Source: Chthoniobacterales bacterium (GTDB lineage Bacteria > Verrucomicrobiota > Verrucomicrobiia > Chthoniobacterales > Chthoniobacteraceae). Taken from it: a stretch of DNA of 60,689 nt. Below, piece after piece: positions 20,276-30,764 of this stretch; position 1 is the stretch's first letter; each line of letters starts with the position of its first letter. Under the pieces are notes generated by a model, which searched no databases, was not told the DNA's origin, and saw nothing but the letters and a program-made list of their open reading frames with translations. Where the stretch lies: assembly GCA_038240495.1 (NCBI GenBank), contig JBBSDS010000001.1:1-60689 (forward strand), written 5' to 3'. Position numbers and translations under genes: made by a program.

Positions 20276-20408
20276 GGATGTTCACAGATTACACGGATGG
20301 CGCGTCGCGCGGCATCTCGTAATCCGTGTCGCCTGCGTTCCTCTTTTCACCCGCCGCGGGAGTGGGATTCCCCTTGCGCGCACGGGGCGGAACCCGGACC
20401 TTCGCGCC

Positions 20409-21398
20409 GTGTCCCTCAGCCTGCGCGAGAAGCAAAGCCTCTATCACAGCCTCGGCCAATTGCTCCGCTCCGGCGTTCCGCTCCCGGGCGCGCTCAAGAG
20501 CCTCGCGCAGACTTCCAGCGGTAGTCAGCGGCGGCTGATCCGGCGGCTGAACGAAGCAATCAATGGCGGCAAAACCATGGGCGAAGCCATCGCCGCGCAG
20601 CGCCCGGAGGTGAGCGAGTTGGAGATCGGCGTCGTCACGGCCGGCGAGAAATCGGGACGCCTCGAATACGGCCTGACGCAGCTCGCCGGCTACCACGGCG
20701 CCTTCGCCGCCGCCCGCGAGGGCATCTTGAAAAAGTGCGCCTACCCGGCCTTCGTGATGCACTTCGGCATCTTCCTGTTCCCACTGAAGACGCTCATCGT
20801 CGGAGGCAATGTCACCGCTTACCTGCGCGAGACTTTTGGTGCTCTGGCGCTGATTTACGGGATCGTTCTGATCGTCTTCCTGCTCATCCCGCTGGTTCGC
20901 GACGCCGGCTCGAAAAGCGCGACCATCGATTCCCTGCTCCGCTTGATTCCGCGCGTCGGCAAACTTCGCCGCGCCTTCGCCACCTCTCGATTCTGTGCGA
21001 CTTACGGAATGCAGTTGGACGCCGGCATCAATGTCATCGACGCCCTCGAAGCTGCACAGCGGGCCAGCCTGAGCGGATTGATCCGGGCGGCGATTCGACG
21101 AGCCGTCCCGGAAGTGCGCAGCGGCTCTCAAGTCGGTCCCCTGCTCGCGGCGAGCAGGGCGTTCCCTGAACCGATGACGCGCGCTTTCTGCGTTGGCGAA
21201 CAGACCGGCGAGCTCGACGAGGAACTGACGCGAATGGCCGCCGAGTATCAGAATGAAGCGCTGGCCCGGCTCGAAACGCTCGCCGAATGGGTGCCGCGGC
21301 TCATCTACGTGGGCATCCTGATCTATGTCGGCTACAGCGTTGTGATGATGTATAAGGGTTACCTCTCAGACGTCGGGAAAATCATCGATGGAATGTGA
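20409..21398 (+). CDS. Type II secretion system F / PilC family platform protein
   Basis: Two T2SSF repeats (LLRSGVPLPGAL...GEKSGRL; LDAGINVIDAL...GEQTGELD). GTG at 20409 is the probable start. Confidence 0.9.
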   Translation: MSLSLREKQSLYHSLGQLLRSGVPLPGALKSLAQTSSGSQRRLIRRLNEAINGGKTMGEAIAAQRPEVSELEIGVVTAGEKSGRLEYGLTQLAGYHGAFAAAREGILKKCAYPAFVMHFGIFLFPLKTLIVGGNVTAYLRETFGALALIYGIVLIVFLLIPLVRDAGSKSATIDSLLRLIPRVGKLRRAFATSRFCATYGMQLDAGINVIDALEAAQRASLSGLIRAAIRRAVPEVRSGSQVGPLLAASRAFPEPMTRAFCVGEQTGELDEELTRMAAEYQNEALARLETLAEWVPRLIYVGILIYVGYSVVMMYKGYLSDVGKIIDGM

Positions 21399-21606
21399 GC
21401 CAGTTCGGCTCTATCGTGTTACTTGGTTGATTCGCGGAAAAGAGACATTATGACTCTTTTCCTATTTTCGATCAGAAGACGTAACGATCACTTATCTCAC
21501 TAATCGTCAGTCATTTGCGATGATTTAGTTGAGGGTTGATGCAAGCTGGCATTTCCAAAGCTTGTTAGGAGTCGGTCAAACAATTAACCCACTCACTCCA
21601 AATCCT

Positions 21607-22068
21607 ATGAGCCTCATTCGTTATCAATTCCCTGAACTCACCAACTGGTCGCCAATCGACCGCCTGTCCAGCCTGCGCGACGAGGTCAATCGCCTGTTCG
21701 ATTTCTCTTCGCCGAGCCGGGACAGCGGACTTTTTAGCGGCTGGTCTCCCGCCCTCGATGTGTTCGACGACCAAGACAACTTCGTCGTCAAAGTCGAACT
21801 GCCGGGCATGAAAAAAGAAGACATCAATCTGTCGCTGCACGACGGCGTGCTGACCATCTCGGGCGAACGCAAATCCGAGCGCGAGAACAAGGAGGGCGAG
21901 ACCTTCCGCAGCGAGCGTTACTTCGGCAGGTTCCAGCGCAGCGTCACGCTGCCGATGGCGGTCGATGCCAACAAAGTCAGCGCGTCGTACAAGGATGGCG
22001 TGCTGGCGGTCGCCCTGGCCAAAGCCGAGGAAGCCAAGCCGAAGCAAATCGCGGTGAGCGTGTCCTGA
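21607..22068 (+). CDS. Hsp20/alpha-crystallin small heat shock protein
   Basis: PALDVF, ELPGMKKEDI, ERYFGRFQRSVTLP, ASYKDGVL. Confidence 0.95.
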   Translation: MSLIRYQFPELTNWSPIDRLSSLRDEVNRLFDFSSPSRDSGLFSGWSPALDVFDDQDNFVVKVELPGMKKEDINLSLHDGVLTISGERKSERENKEGETFRSERYFGRFQRSVTLPMAVDANKVSASYKDGVLAVALAKAEEAKPKQIAVSVS

Positions 22069-22133
22069 ATCAAATCCATCCTGCGGGTCCATCGGCCTGC
22101 AAAACATCCACCTCTTATCCAAAGAAAAACTCC

Positions 22134-22520
22134 ATGAACGCAACTTTGAACAAACCCGAAACTCAACCCGCGGCGCCAAATGGCTGCAACCGCGTAAACC
22201 ATCTCACCCCGCTGGCGAATATTCTCGAGACGAAAGACGGCTACGTCCTCGAAGCCGAGATGCCCGGCGTGAGTAAAGATGGCCTCGAACTGACCGTCGA
22301 AAATGGCGAATTGACCATCCACGGTCGGCGCGGCGCAGCGGAAATCAGCGGCCGCGAAGTGTATCGCGAGTCCCGCGCATTTGACTACCGGCGCTCCTTC
22401 GAACTCAATCCCTCGATCGATTCGGCGAAGATCACCGCGAAGATCGACCAGGGAGTCCTCACGCTCCATCTACCGAAGACGGAATCTGTCAAGCCGCGGA
22501 AGATCGCGGTTACCGACTAA
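22134..22520 (+). CDS. Hsp20/alpha-crystallin small heat shock protein, second copy
   Basis: AEMPGVSK, YRRSFEL, AKIDQGVLTLHLPK, KPRKI. Confidence 0.93.
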   Translation: MNATLNKPETQPAAPNGCNRVNHLTPLANILETKDGYVLEAEMPGVSKDGLELTVENGELTIHGRRGAAEISGREVYRESRAFDYRRSFELNPSIDSAKITAKIDQGVLTLHLPKTESVKPRKIAVTD

Positions 22521-22664
22521 CCTCGCGACCATTTTGGTGCTGGTTGTTGCCGACGACCCCACGGGCGAACCCTGTGGGGTCTCGTGCGTACAAGAACGCC
22601 CACCATCCATTCCGCCGCCTCACACCGTCTCTCACAATTCTTCGGACAGTAGTTGAGGAAGGAT

Positions 22665-22780
22665 GGTAGTGGCTCAGTCTGAGAACGAGCGATGTAGAGG
22701 CGGCTCTGTCCGAAGGACGTGCCGCCTTTGCTGGCCAGAGGCGGCACGTCGCCAATGCGCGACAGAGCCGCCTCTACACC
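22665..22780. mobile_element. Partial copy of the GGTAGTGGCTCA-ended MITE carrying a GTAG REP doublet
   Basis: Reverse-complement match to 30830-30965. One TIR (ggtagtggctcagtctg) plus hairpin gtagaggcggctctgtc...gacagagccgcctctac; the second TIR is missing. Confidence 0.75.
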
Positions 22781-22788
22781 GGTTCTTG

Positions 22789-22907
22789 AAAACGCAGAGA
22801 CGCAAAGGCCGCGGAGAAGCAAGGCGTCACGAAGACCTGCGCACCATTTAGATGAGGGCCATGAGATTCATCTTTCGACCCTTCGCGCCTCTGCGTCTCT
22901 GCGTTTT
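22789..22907. repeat. Palindromic element AACGCAGAGACGCA...TGCGTCTCTGCGTT
   Basis: Arms aaaacgcagagacgca / tgcgtctctgcgtttt. Confidence 0.8.
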
Positions 22908-23033
22908 TCCATCCACCGCGCCCTTCGACTGCATCGTTCCGGCCGAGGACAAAATGAGTCCGTTCAAATATCTGGATTTCGCCCCATCGTTGATGGCAGC
23001 TAAGTCGCGACCGCCTTGAAGACTCAGTAGATT

Positions 23034-24233
23034 GTGCCCCCCGAACCTCCACCCGCCGCGCCGCCGCGGCTCGTCTCGCTCGACGCTTATCGCGGCTTCG
23101 TCATGTTGCTGATGATGGCCGAGGTGCTGCGGCTGGCGTCCGTCGCGCGGGCGCTGCCGGAGAGTGCGTTCTGGGCCTTCGTTGGTTTTCACCAGTCGCA
23201 CGTCGAATGGATCGGCTGCTCGCTGCACGATCTCATCCAACCGTCGTTCTCGTTCATCGTCGGTGTCGCGCTGCCTTTCTCGATCGCGACGCGCCTGGCT
23301 CGCGGACAAACGCGCACGCGGCTTTCGATCCACGCATTTGGACGCGCGCTCATCCTCATTGCCCTCGGCATTTTCCTGCGCAGCGTCGGCAAGCTGCAGA
23401 CCAATTTCACCTTCGAGGACACGCTTTCGCAAATCGGTCTCGGCTACGGCTTTCTCTTCCTGCTGGGCTTCCGGCCGGTGCACAACCAGTGGGCGGCGTT
23501 TGCGTTCCTGCTCGTGGGCTATTGGGCGGCATTCGTGGTGCATCCGCTGCCACCGCCGGACTTCGACTACGCCCGCGTGAACGTGAGCGCCGACTGGCTC
23601 GCGCAGCACGGGCTGGGCGGCTTCGCCGTGCATTGGCAGAAGAACAGCAACTTCGCTTGGGCCTTTGACAACTGGTTCCTCAATCTCTGGCCGCGCGAAA
23701 AGCCGTGGGTGTGCAACCTCGGCGGCTACGCGACGATGAGTTTCATCCCCACGCTCGCGACGATGATCCTCGGCTTGATCGCGGGCGAGACGCTGCGCAG
23801 CGAACGCACCGCGATGGAAAAAGTGCGCTGGCTCGCCATTGCAGGGGCGATCGCACTGGCGAGCGGATGGCTGCTCGGTGCGCTCGGCATCTGCCCGGTC
23901 GTGAAACGCATCTGGACGCCGAGTTGGGTGCTCTTCAGCGGCGGCTGGTGTCTGTGGTTGGCCGCAGCATTCTATCTCGTCATTGATGTCTGGCAGAGGC
24001 GCGGGTGGGCGTTTCCGCTCGTCGTGGTCGGCGTGAATTCCATCGCGGCTTATTGCATGGAGCATCTCTTCAGCAGCTTCATCCGCTCCGCGCTGACGAC
24101 GCACTTTGGAAAAAATGCGTTTCTCAGTGTCGGGCCGGCCTACGAATCACTTCTCCTCGGCGGGGCCACTTTGCTCGTGCTTTGGCTGCTGCTCTTCTGG
24201 ATGTATCGGCGCAAGATTTTCCTCCGCATTTGA
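23034..24233 (+). CDS. HGSNAT/DUF5009-family membrane acyltransferase
   Basis: RLVSLDAYRG, HDLIQPSFSFIVG, PVVKRIWTPSW, GVNSI. Start codon uncertain. Confidence 0.88.
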   Translation: MPPEPPPAAPPRLVSLDAYRGFVMLLMMAEVLRLASVARALPESAFWAFVGFHQSHVEWIGCSLHDLIQPSFSFIVGVALPFSIATRLARGQTRTRLSIHAFGRALILIALGIFLRSVGKLQTNFTFEDTLSQIGLGYGFLFLLGFRPVHNQWAAFAFLLVGYWAAFVVHPLPPPDFDYARVNVSADWLAQHGLGGFAVHWQKNSNFAWAFDNWFLNLWPREKPWVCNLGGYATMSFIPTLATMILGLIAGETLRSERTAMEKVRWLAIAGAIALASGWLLGALGICPVVKRIWTPSWVLFSGGWCLWLAAAFYLVIDVWQRRGWAFPLVVVGVNSIAAYCMEHLFSSFIRSALTTHFGKNAFLSVGPAYESLLLGGATLLVLWLLLFWMYRRKIFLRI

Positions 24234-25693
24234 TGAACTCCGTAACCCGCCGTCAGGCACTCCAAACCGCCGGCTCCTTGCTGCTCGCCGGCGCCCTGCC
24301 CAATCTCTCCGCCGCGCCCAGCTCGCGACGCAAAAGCGTGATCGTCGCCGGTGGCGGCATCGGTGGTTTGTGCTGTGCCTATGAGCTGATGGAGCGAGGC
24401 CACGAGGTCACCGTGCTCGAGGCCTCGCGCCGCACCGGCGGGCATGTGAAGACGATCCGCGATCCACTGCCCGACGGGCTCTACGCCGATGTTGGCGCGG
24501 AGCACTTCACGATTCCGGGATATGTGCAGTATCGCCGCTACGTCGAGAAATTCGATCTGCCCTACCTGCCGTGGAAGCGCCGGCAAAACATGTATCGGCA
24601 CATCGACGGCAAATGGTTCACCGAGGCACAACTCGCCGACCGTGATGTGGTGAAGACGTTCGGCTTCAACGAGCGCGAAGTCGCGCACATCGTTGAGCGC
24701 GGCTGGACCGACCTGAGCACGCTCTACTTCGCGCCCTACGCCGCAAAGTTCACCGACGAGTTCCAGCCCTTCAGTATCGGCCTCGATCATCTCGACGAAG
24801 TGCTGCTCGGCGATCTGCTCGCGCAAGACGGCGCGTCCGACGCCGCGCTGCGTTTCATCGGCGGACGCCGCAGCACTCCCGACAAGCCCGTGACGAGCAG
24901 CGATGTGTCCGCGCTCTTTCGCCTGTGGCAGGACGCGATCCGCAAACTCCGCGGACTACCGACATTTTCCCGCGATGTCTTTCATCTCAAAGGCGGCAAC
25001 CAACTCCTGCCCGATACCTTTGCCGCGAAGCTCGGCGAACGCGTGCGCCGCAATTGCCCCGTCACGAAAATCGAGCACGACGACTCCAGTGTACGCGTGA
25101 CATTTACCGAGTCCAACAAGCCACAACAACTCAGTGCCGACTATCTCGTCGTGTGCCTCTCGCCGCTGTTGCTGCCGGGCATCGAAGTCACGCCCGCGTG
25201 GCCCGCGGAAAAGCGCTACGCGATCGAGCACGTGAACATCGGGATGCAATCGCGCGTGCTGTTGCAAGCGCGCACGCCGTTTTGGAAAGGCGACGTGCCG
25301 AGCATCAATCTCGAGACCGGCGACAAGAACATGGCGCTCGTCTATGAAACCGCCGACGACGTGCCCGGCGAGAGTTGCGTGCTGATGGGCAGCGGCGCGC
25401 CGGTGCAAACCGAGGAAGACGCGCTCGCGGCGTTCCGCAAATTCTATCCCGGCAAAGCGAAGGACACGATCGAGCGCGTCATCGTGCACCAGTGGTGGAA
25501 GGAGGAGCCCACGTGCTTCGGCTGCGAACGGCTCGCCTTCCGCTTCGGCGAGCTCCGCAAAATGTGGCCGCACATCGGCGCGCCCGTAGGCCGCATCCAT
25601 TTTGCCGGCGCCGCTTACGACAACATGCCGCACGGCATGGACGCCGCCACACGCACTGCCAATCGCGTCGCTGAAACCATCCACGCAGCATGA
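24233..25693 (+). CDS. Flavin monoamine oxidase family protein with Tat-like signal
   Basis: MNSVTRRQAL twin-arginine leader; VIVAGGGIGGL...VLEASRRTGG FAD motif; GRIHFAG. ATG 24233 overlaps the upstream stop. Confidence 0.88.
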   Translation: MNSVTRRQALQTAGSLLLAGALPNLSAAPSSRRKSVIVAGGGIGGLCCAYELMERGHEVTVLEASRRTGGHVKTIRDPLPDGLYADVGAEHFTIPGYVQYRRYVEKFDLPYLPWKRRQNMYRHIDGKWFTEAQLADRDVVKTFGFNEREVAHIVERGWTDLSTLYFAPYAAKFTDEFQPFSIGLDHLDEVLLGDLLAQDGASDAALRFIGGRRSTPDKPVTSSDVSALFRLWQDAIRKLRGLPTFSRDVFHLKGGNQLLPDTFAAKLGERVRRNCPVTKIEHDDSSVRVTFTESNKPQQLSADYLVVCLSPLLLPGIEVTPAWPAEKRYAIEHVNIGMQSRVLLQARTPFWKGDVPSINLETGDKNMALVYETADDVPGESCVLMGSGAPVQTEEDALAAFRKFYPGKAKDTIERVIVHQWWKEEPTCFGCERLAFRFGELRKMWPHIGAPVGRIHFAGAAYDNMPHGMDAATRTANRVAETIHAA

Positions 25694-27618
25694 AACGACC
25701 ACCCCAGCCGTTGTTGAGATTTGTCATGAGCCTTGTCGCCATCCCCATCTTCGCCCGCGGGGACACGGCGGAGATCGCCGCACTGCTGCAACATCCGATC
25801 ATCGACCCGAATCTGCCGCTGGCGGAAGTGCAGGCGTATTGCGAAGCCCATGTGCCGTTAATGCCGGCGGTGAAATCCGTCGCCGAGTGGGAACAATTCG
25901 CGCGGCAGACACGACGTGACGTGCTCGATAAAGTCGTCTTTCGCGGTGAGGCAGCGCGGGCGTGGCGCGATGCCACGACAAAGGTCGAATGGCTCGAAAC
26001 AATCGAAGGCGGCCCCGGCTATCACGTCAAGAAACTGCGCTACGAAGCGCTGCCCGGATTGTGGATTCCCGCGCTGCTTTATGAGCCCGATCAGCGTGCG
26101 GATAAGATTCCCGTTTATCTGGCGGTGAACGGCCACGATGGGAACGGCAAGGCGGCGCCTTACAAACAGATTCGCTGCATCAATCTCGCGAAGCGCGGTG
26201 TCGCCTCGCTCAATGTCGAGTGGCTGGGCATGGGCCAGCTTCGTGCCGACGGCTTTGTGCATTCGCGGATGAATCAACTCGATCTCTGCGGAGTGAGCGG
26301 GCTCGCGCCTTTCTATCTTGCGATGTCGCGCGGCTTGGACGTCCTGCTGGCGCTGCCGTACGCGGACTCGAAACGCGTCGCCGTCAGCGGACTTTCGGGC
26401 GGCGGCTGGCAGACGATCACGATCAGCTCGCTCGATCCGCGCGTGACCTTGTGCAATCCGGTCGCCGGTTACTCCAGCTTCCGCACTCGCGCCCGCTTCA
26501 CAACTGATCTTGGCGACTCAGAGCAGACGCCGAACGACCTCGCAACCGTCGCGGATTACGCGCATCTCACGGCGATGCTGGCGGGCCGCGCCGCGCTGCT
26601 CACGTTTAATGCGAAGGACAACTGCTGCTTCGCCTCGGATCACGCGATGCAACCGCTCCTCGATGCCGCGGAGCCGATCTTCAAGCTTTACGGACAATCT
26701 GAGCGGTTGCGCACGCACGTGAATTACGATCCCGGCACGCACAATTACGAGGTGGATAATCGCCAGGCGTTTTATCGCGTCGTGGGCGAGAAGTTTTTCC
26801 CAGGCGACAAAAGCTTCAACGCTCAGGAAATCCCGTCGGAGAGTGAGGTGAAGACGAAGGAGCAACTGGAAGTCGCTTTGCCCGCGGACAACACGGACTT
26901 TCATCAACTCGCCATCGCTCTGAGGAAGGACTTGCCGCGCGATCCGCGAATCGTCGAGAAGGATGCGGAAGCGGCGCGGGCGAAGCTGACGGACATTGTG
27001 AAGTTCAAGTCGCACACGGTCGTTGCGCAAAAAACCGGCACGGAAACGCGCGGTGACGCGCAGGCAACTTTCTGGAAGCTGCGAGTCGGTGAGAGCTGGA
27101 CGGTGCCCGCCGTGGAATTGGTCCGCGGTGAATCGAAAGGGACCGTCATCCTCGTCGCCGACAACGGACGCAAGAGTGCCGCGGCGGAAGCGGAAGCGCT
27201 GCTCGCGAGCGGCCAGCGCGTGCTCGCGATCGATCCGTTTTATTTTGGCGAATCGAAGATCGCGCAACGCGATTACCTCTTCGCATTGCTTGTCGCCGCG
27301 GTCGGTGATCGCCCGCTGGGAATTCAAGCGAGCGAGGTCGCGGCCGTGGCTCGTTGGGCGGGCGCACAATTCAAAGACGGACGCGTCGCCTTGCAATCGA
27401 TCGGACCGCGTAGCAGCACGTTTGCGCTCGTCGCGGCTGCGCTTGAGCGCCGGGCGATTGGCGGGCTGAAGACGGTGGAACCTTTGTCCAGTTTGCGGGA
27501 CGTCATCGGCGGAAACCGCACAGTCGATCAGACGCCCGAGTTATTCTGCTTCGGTTTGCTGGACGCGTTCGACGTGCCGCAATTGAAGCAGTTGGTCGGA
27601 GCGGAGCGCATGCAGTGA
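25690..27618 (+). CDS. Exported alpha/beta-hydrolase (acetylxylan esterase-like, two domains)
   Basis: VNGH, GLSGGGWQT nucleophile elbow, DNCCF, GTHNY. Confidence 0.8.
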   Translation: MKRPPQPLLRFVMSLVAIPIFARGDTAEIAALLQHPIIDPNLPLAEVQAYCEAHVPLMPAVKSVAEWEQFARQTRRDVLDKVVFRGEAARAWRDATTKVEWLETIEGGPGYHVKKLRYEALPGLWIPALLYEPDQRADKIPVYLAVNGHDGNGKAAPYKQIRCINLAKRGVASLNVEWLGMGQLRADGFVHSRMNQLDLCGVSGLAPFYLAMSRGLDVLLALPYADSKRVAVSGLSGGGWQTITISSLDPRVTLCNPVAGYSSFRTRARFTTDLGDSEQTPNDLATVADYAHLTAMLAGRAALLTFNAKDNCCFASDHAMQPLLDAAEPIFKLYGQSERLRTHVNYDPGTHNYEVDNRQAFYRVVGEKFFPGDKSFNAQEIPSESEVKTKEQLEVALPADNTDFHQLAIALRKDLPRDPRIVEKDAEAARAKLTDIVKFKSHTVVAQKTGTETRGDAQATFWKLRVGESWTVPAVELVRGESKGTVILVADNGRKSAAAEAEALLASGQRVLAIDPFYFGESKIAQRDYLFALLVAAVGDRPLGIQASEVAAVARWAGAQFKDGRVALQSIGPRSSTFALVAAALERRAIGGLKTVEPLSSLRDVIGGNRTVDQTPELFCFGLLDAFDVPQLKQLVGAERMQ

Positions 27619-28100
27619 AACTTCACGGACCTATGATCATCCGACCTTTTCATCCCGGTGACCTCGACGAACTCAAGCGCATCACGATCGAGGCGTTCGA
27701 TGGTGTCGCGAACGATCAGATTGTTGAACAACAGTTCGGCATCATGGGTGGACGCGATTGGCGTTGGCGCAAGGCGCGGCACATCGATCAGGACTGCGCG
27801 GCGAACCCGGCGGGTGTCTTCGTCGCGGAAGAAGACGGGAAGATTCTCGGTTACATAACGACACTCCTTGACCGCGAAGCGGCCAAGGGTCGCATTCCGA
27901 ATCTCGCGGTGGATGCGGCTGCACGCGGACGCGGCATCGGTCGCCAATTGATCGACCACACGCTGGATTATTTTCGGCGGGAAGGCATGGCTTTCGCGGC
28001 GATCGAGACCATGGTCAGCAATCCCGCGGGGCAGCATCTTTATCCGGCGTGCGGGTTTGTCGAAGTGGGCCGGCAGATTCATTATGCGCTGAAGTTGTGA
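27615..28100 (+). CDS. GNAT-family N-acetyltransferase
   Basis: LAVDAAARGRGIGRQL, NPAGQHLYPACGF. Confidence 0.92.
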   Translation: MKLHGPMIIRPFHPGDLDELKRITIEAFDGVANDQIVEQQFGIMGGRDWRWRKARHIDQDCAANPAGVFVAEEDGKILGYITTLLDREAAKGRIPNLAVDAAARGRGIGRQLIDHTLDYFRREGMAFAAIETMVSNPAGQHLYPACGFVEVGRQIHYALKL

Positions 28101-28148
28101 CGGCTGATGTCCCTCCCAACTCAACCGCCCTTCCAATCCAACCCACTT

Positions 28149-30764
28149 ATGAGCCCCAGAATCGTCGCCATCATCGCCGCGTGCAGCTTGCTCGTCCCGG
28201 CCGTCCGACTGTCCGCCGCGGACCGTTGGGCGCCTTGGATCGAGCCGGATTTTCCATTCTTCTCGTCCTCGGTTGACCTGCGGGAGACCGCGCCAAATTC
28301 GATCCCCTGGAATATCACCCCGCGCGGCATCGTCTTAAATCTTGGGCACGATTGTTGGGCCACCTTTGACACGGAACTGCTGCGAGTCTCCGCGATCTGG
28401 ATCGGCAAAGGCATGACGCCCGAGGCGCTCGGACCGCTTTCGTATCAGGAGGCCGGCAATTTCAAGACGCTCGGTGGACAGGGTAAACTTCCGAAACCAG
28501 ACGGGACGATCTTGCTGAGCAGTGGCGTCTATCCCGGCTGGCAGATCGGCGAACGCGTCTCGCTGGAAGATCCCCGCGAACCGCAGCCGAGCAAGGAGGA
28601 GCCGGGGCGCGGCCCTTTGCCGGCGGAGGCCGGTCGTTTCAAAGCCTTGCGCCTCGTGCGCAACGGCGTGGTCCTCGAATACACTGCCCATGGAGTGCCC
28701 GTGCGCGAATGGATGACGACTTCCGAGGCGCAGGGGAAACCGGTGGTCGAAAGGCATTTCGAAATCGGTCCGTCCGACAAGCCGATGCAGCATGTTCTTG
28801 GGGCCACGGGCTCCGCGTCTCTGGCGATCGGATTTCCCCCGGGGAAACCAGCGCCCAAACTTGTGGAGAAGGATGCGGTGTGGAGCGTGCAGGTGCCACC
28901 GCATGCCGAGCCGATGCAGTTTTGCATCACGACCGGCGCGGGCGCCGCTGGTCTCGGCCTGAAGCCGATTCCGAAGGACGCGCCGGGTGTCCGCTGGCCG
29001 CAGGAAATCACGACGAACGCCACGCTTTCGACCGCCAGGGATGCCTACGTCGTGGATGACATTGCGCTCCCGTTCGCCAATCCGTGGCGGCGCAATGTCC
29101 GGTTGTGCGACATTGCTTTTTTCAAGGATGGTACGGCGGTCGTCTCGACCTTCGACGGTGATGTGTGGCTCGTCCGCGGGCTGGCCGAAAAGTCCGGCCC
29201 GGTGCGGTGGAAACGCTTCGCCTCGGGCCTGCACGAACCGATGAGCCTCGCCATCCGCGACGAACAAATTTATGTCCTCGACCGCAACGGCATCTGGCGG
29301 TTGCGTGACACGGACGGCAATGGCGAGGCGGACGTGCATGAGCTTTTCTCGAACGTCTTTCCGCAGTCGGCGGAGACCCGCGAGTTCCCCAACTCGCTCA
29401 AGCTTGCGCCCGATGGATCGTTCGTCATCGCGAAAGGCGGGCAGCAGGATTCGACGATCAGCAAACTCAACGGCAGCGTGCTCCGCGTCGCGGCGGACGG
29501 GCAGAGTTACTCGGTGCTCGGCTACGGCTTGCGCCAGCCTTACGCGGGAGTGAATCCGCGCACGGGGCTCGTCACCGCCGGAGACCAGGAAGGCAACTAC
29601 ACGCCATCCACGCCGCTCTACATTTTGCAAGAACCCGCGGAATTCCACGGCTTCCTCAGCGCCTTGCTTCCGAAGGAGAAGTATCCCGCGCCGATCGCCG
29701 ATCCGCTGACGTGGATTCCGCACCAGGTGAATGCATCGGCGATTTCGCAAACGTGGCTCTACGGCGCGAAGATGGGCCCGCTCAATGACGCGCTCATCCA
29801 TGTCGGTTTCAACCGGCCCGAGCTTTTCCGTGTGATGCTCAACAACCGCGGCTCGCGCCCGCAGGCCGCGGTGGTCAGCATCGTCCGCGACTTCGACGTG
29901 CCCGCGCTCAATGCCGCGGTGAATCCCGCCGACGGCTCGCTTTATTTCGCCGGATTCCAGGTCGTCGGCTGGGGCACGACTTCCAAGGCGTTGAGCGGGC
30001 TCGCCCGCATGCGCTACACCGGTGCGCCCGTCACGCTGCCGCGCGAAGTCGTGCCGATGGACAAGGGCGTGCTCCTCCGCTTCGATGTGCCGCTCGACCC
30101 GCGCACGGCGGCGGATCGTGCGAGCTACACGATGGAGAGCTGGCATTACCGTCGCACGTGGCAATACGGCTCGCCGCACCTCAAGGCGGACGACAAGCCG
30201 GGCCAGGACTGGCTCACGCCGAGCAGCGCGTATCTCTCGCAAGACGGTCGCAGCGTCTTCGTCGGCCTGCCCGACATGAAGCCCGTGCAGCAGATGCGCA
30301 TTGGCTGGGGCCTTGCGACGCCCGACGGTTTAAAGATCGAGGGCAACGCCTACTTCACGCCGTACGAACTCGCGAAGTTCGATCCGGCCGCCGAGGGCTT
30401 CGGAAAAATCGACGTCGATCTCTCGCCAAAGCCTTCGCTCGCGCCCACCTCTGCGCCGGCGAGCGTGGAGGAAGGCAAACGGCTCTACGCGCTGATGGGC
30501 TGCATGGCGTGCCACGCGACAGATGACGCTGTGCAACCCAAAATCGGCCCGACGTGGAAAGGGCTTTACGGCAAGAAACGCGACATCTTCAAGGGCGGGA
30601 GCGTCGATGCGACCGACGACTACCTGCGCGAGTCCATCCTCACACCGGCGGCGAAAATCGTGAAAGGCTACGAGAAGATCGAGGCCGGCATGCCCGTGTA
30701 TTCGGGCGTGCTCAACGACGCGCAAATCGAGTCGCTGATCCTCTTCATCAAGACGCTCAAATGA
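28149..30764 (+). CDS. PVC-type DUF6797-like beta-propeller protein with C-terminal cytochrome c
   Basis: Paralog of 10370-12889; C-terminal GCMACH...GPTWKGL...YLRESI...MP heme c domain. Confidence 0.85.
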   Translation: MSPRIVAIIAACSLLVPAVRLSAADRWAPWIEPDFPFFSSSVDLRETAPNSIPWNITPRGIVLNLGHDCWATFDTELLRVSAIWIGKGMTPEALGPLSYQEAGNFKTLGGQGKLPKPDGTILLSSGVYPGWQIGERVSLEDPREPQPSKEEPGRGPLPAEAGRFKALRLVRNGVVLEYTAHGVPVREWMTTSEAQGKPVVERHFEIGPSDKPMQHVLGATGSASLAIGFPPGKPAPKLVEKDAVWSVQVPPHAEPMQFCITTGAGAAGLGLKPIPKDAPGVRWPQEITTNATLSTARDAYVVDDIALPFANPWRRNVRLCDIAFFKDGTAVVSTFDGDVWLVRGLAEKSGPVRWKRFASGLHEPMSLAIRDEQIYVLDRNGIWRLRDTDGNGEADVHELFSNVFPQSAETREFPNSLKLAPDGSFVIAKGGQQDSTISKLNGSVLRVAADGQSYSVLGYGLRQPYAGVNPRTGLVTAGDQEGNYTPSTPLYILQEPAEFHGFLSALLPKEKYPAPIADPLTWIPHQVNASAISQTWLYGAKMGPLNDALIHVGFNRPELFRVMLNNRGSRPQAAVVSIVRDFDVPALNAAVNPADGSLYFAGFQVVGWGTTSKALSGLARMRYTGAPVTLPREVVPMDKGVLLRFDVPLDPRTAADRASYTMESWHYRRTWQYGSPHLKADDKPGQDWLTPSSAYLSQDGRSVFVGLPDMKPVQQMRIGWGLATPDGLKIEGNAYFTPYELAKFDPAAEGFGKIDVDLSPKPSLAPTSAPASVEEGKRLYALMGCMACHATDDAVQPKIGPTWKGLYGKKRDIFKGGSVDATDDYLRESILTPAAKIVKGYEKIEAGMPVYSGVLNDAQIESLILFIKTLK

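Noticed and set aside
21400-21606. AT-rich region upstream of the Hsp20 genes as a CIRCE, HAIR or sigma-54 site
   Set aside because: Probably a promoter, but no convincing match to these consensus motifs was found.
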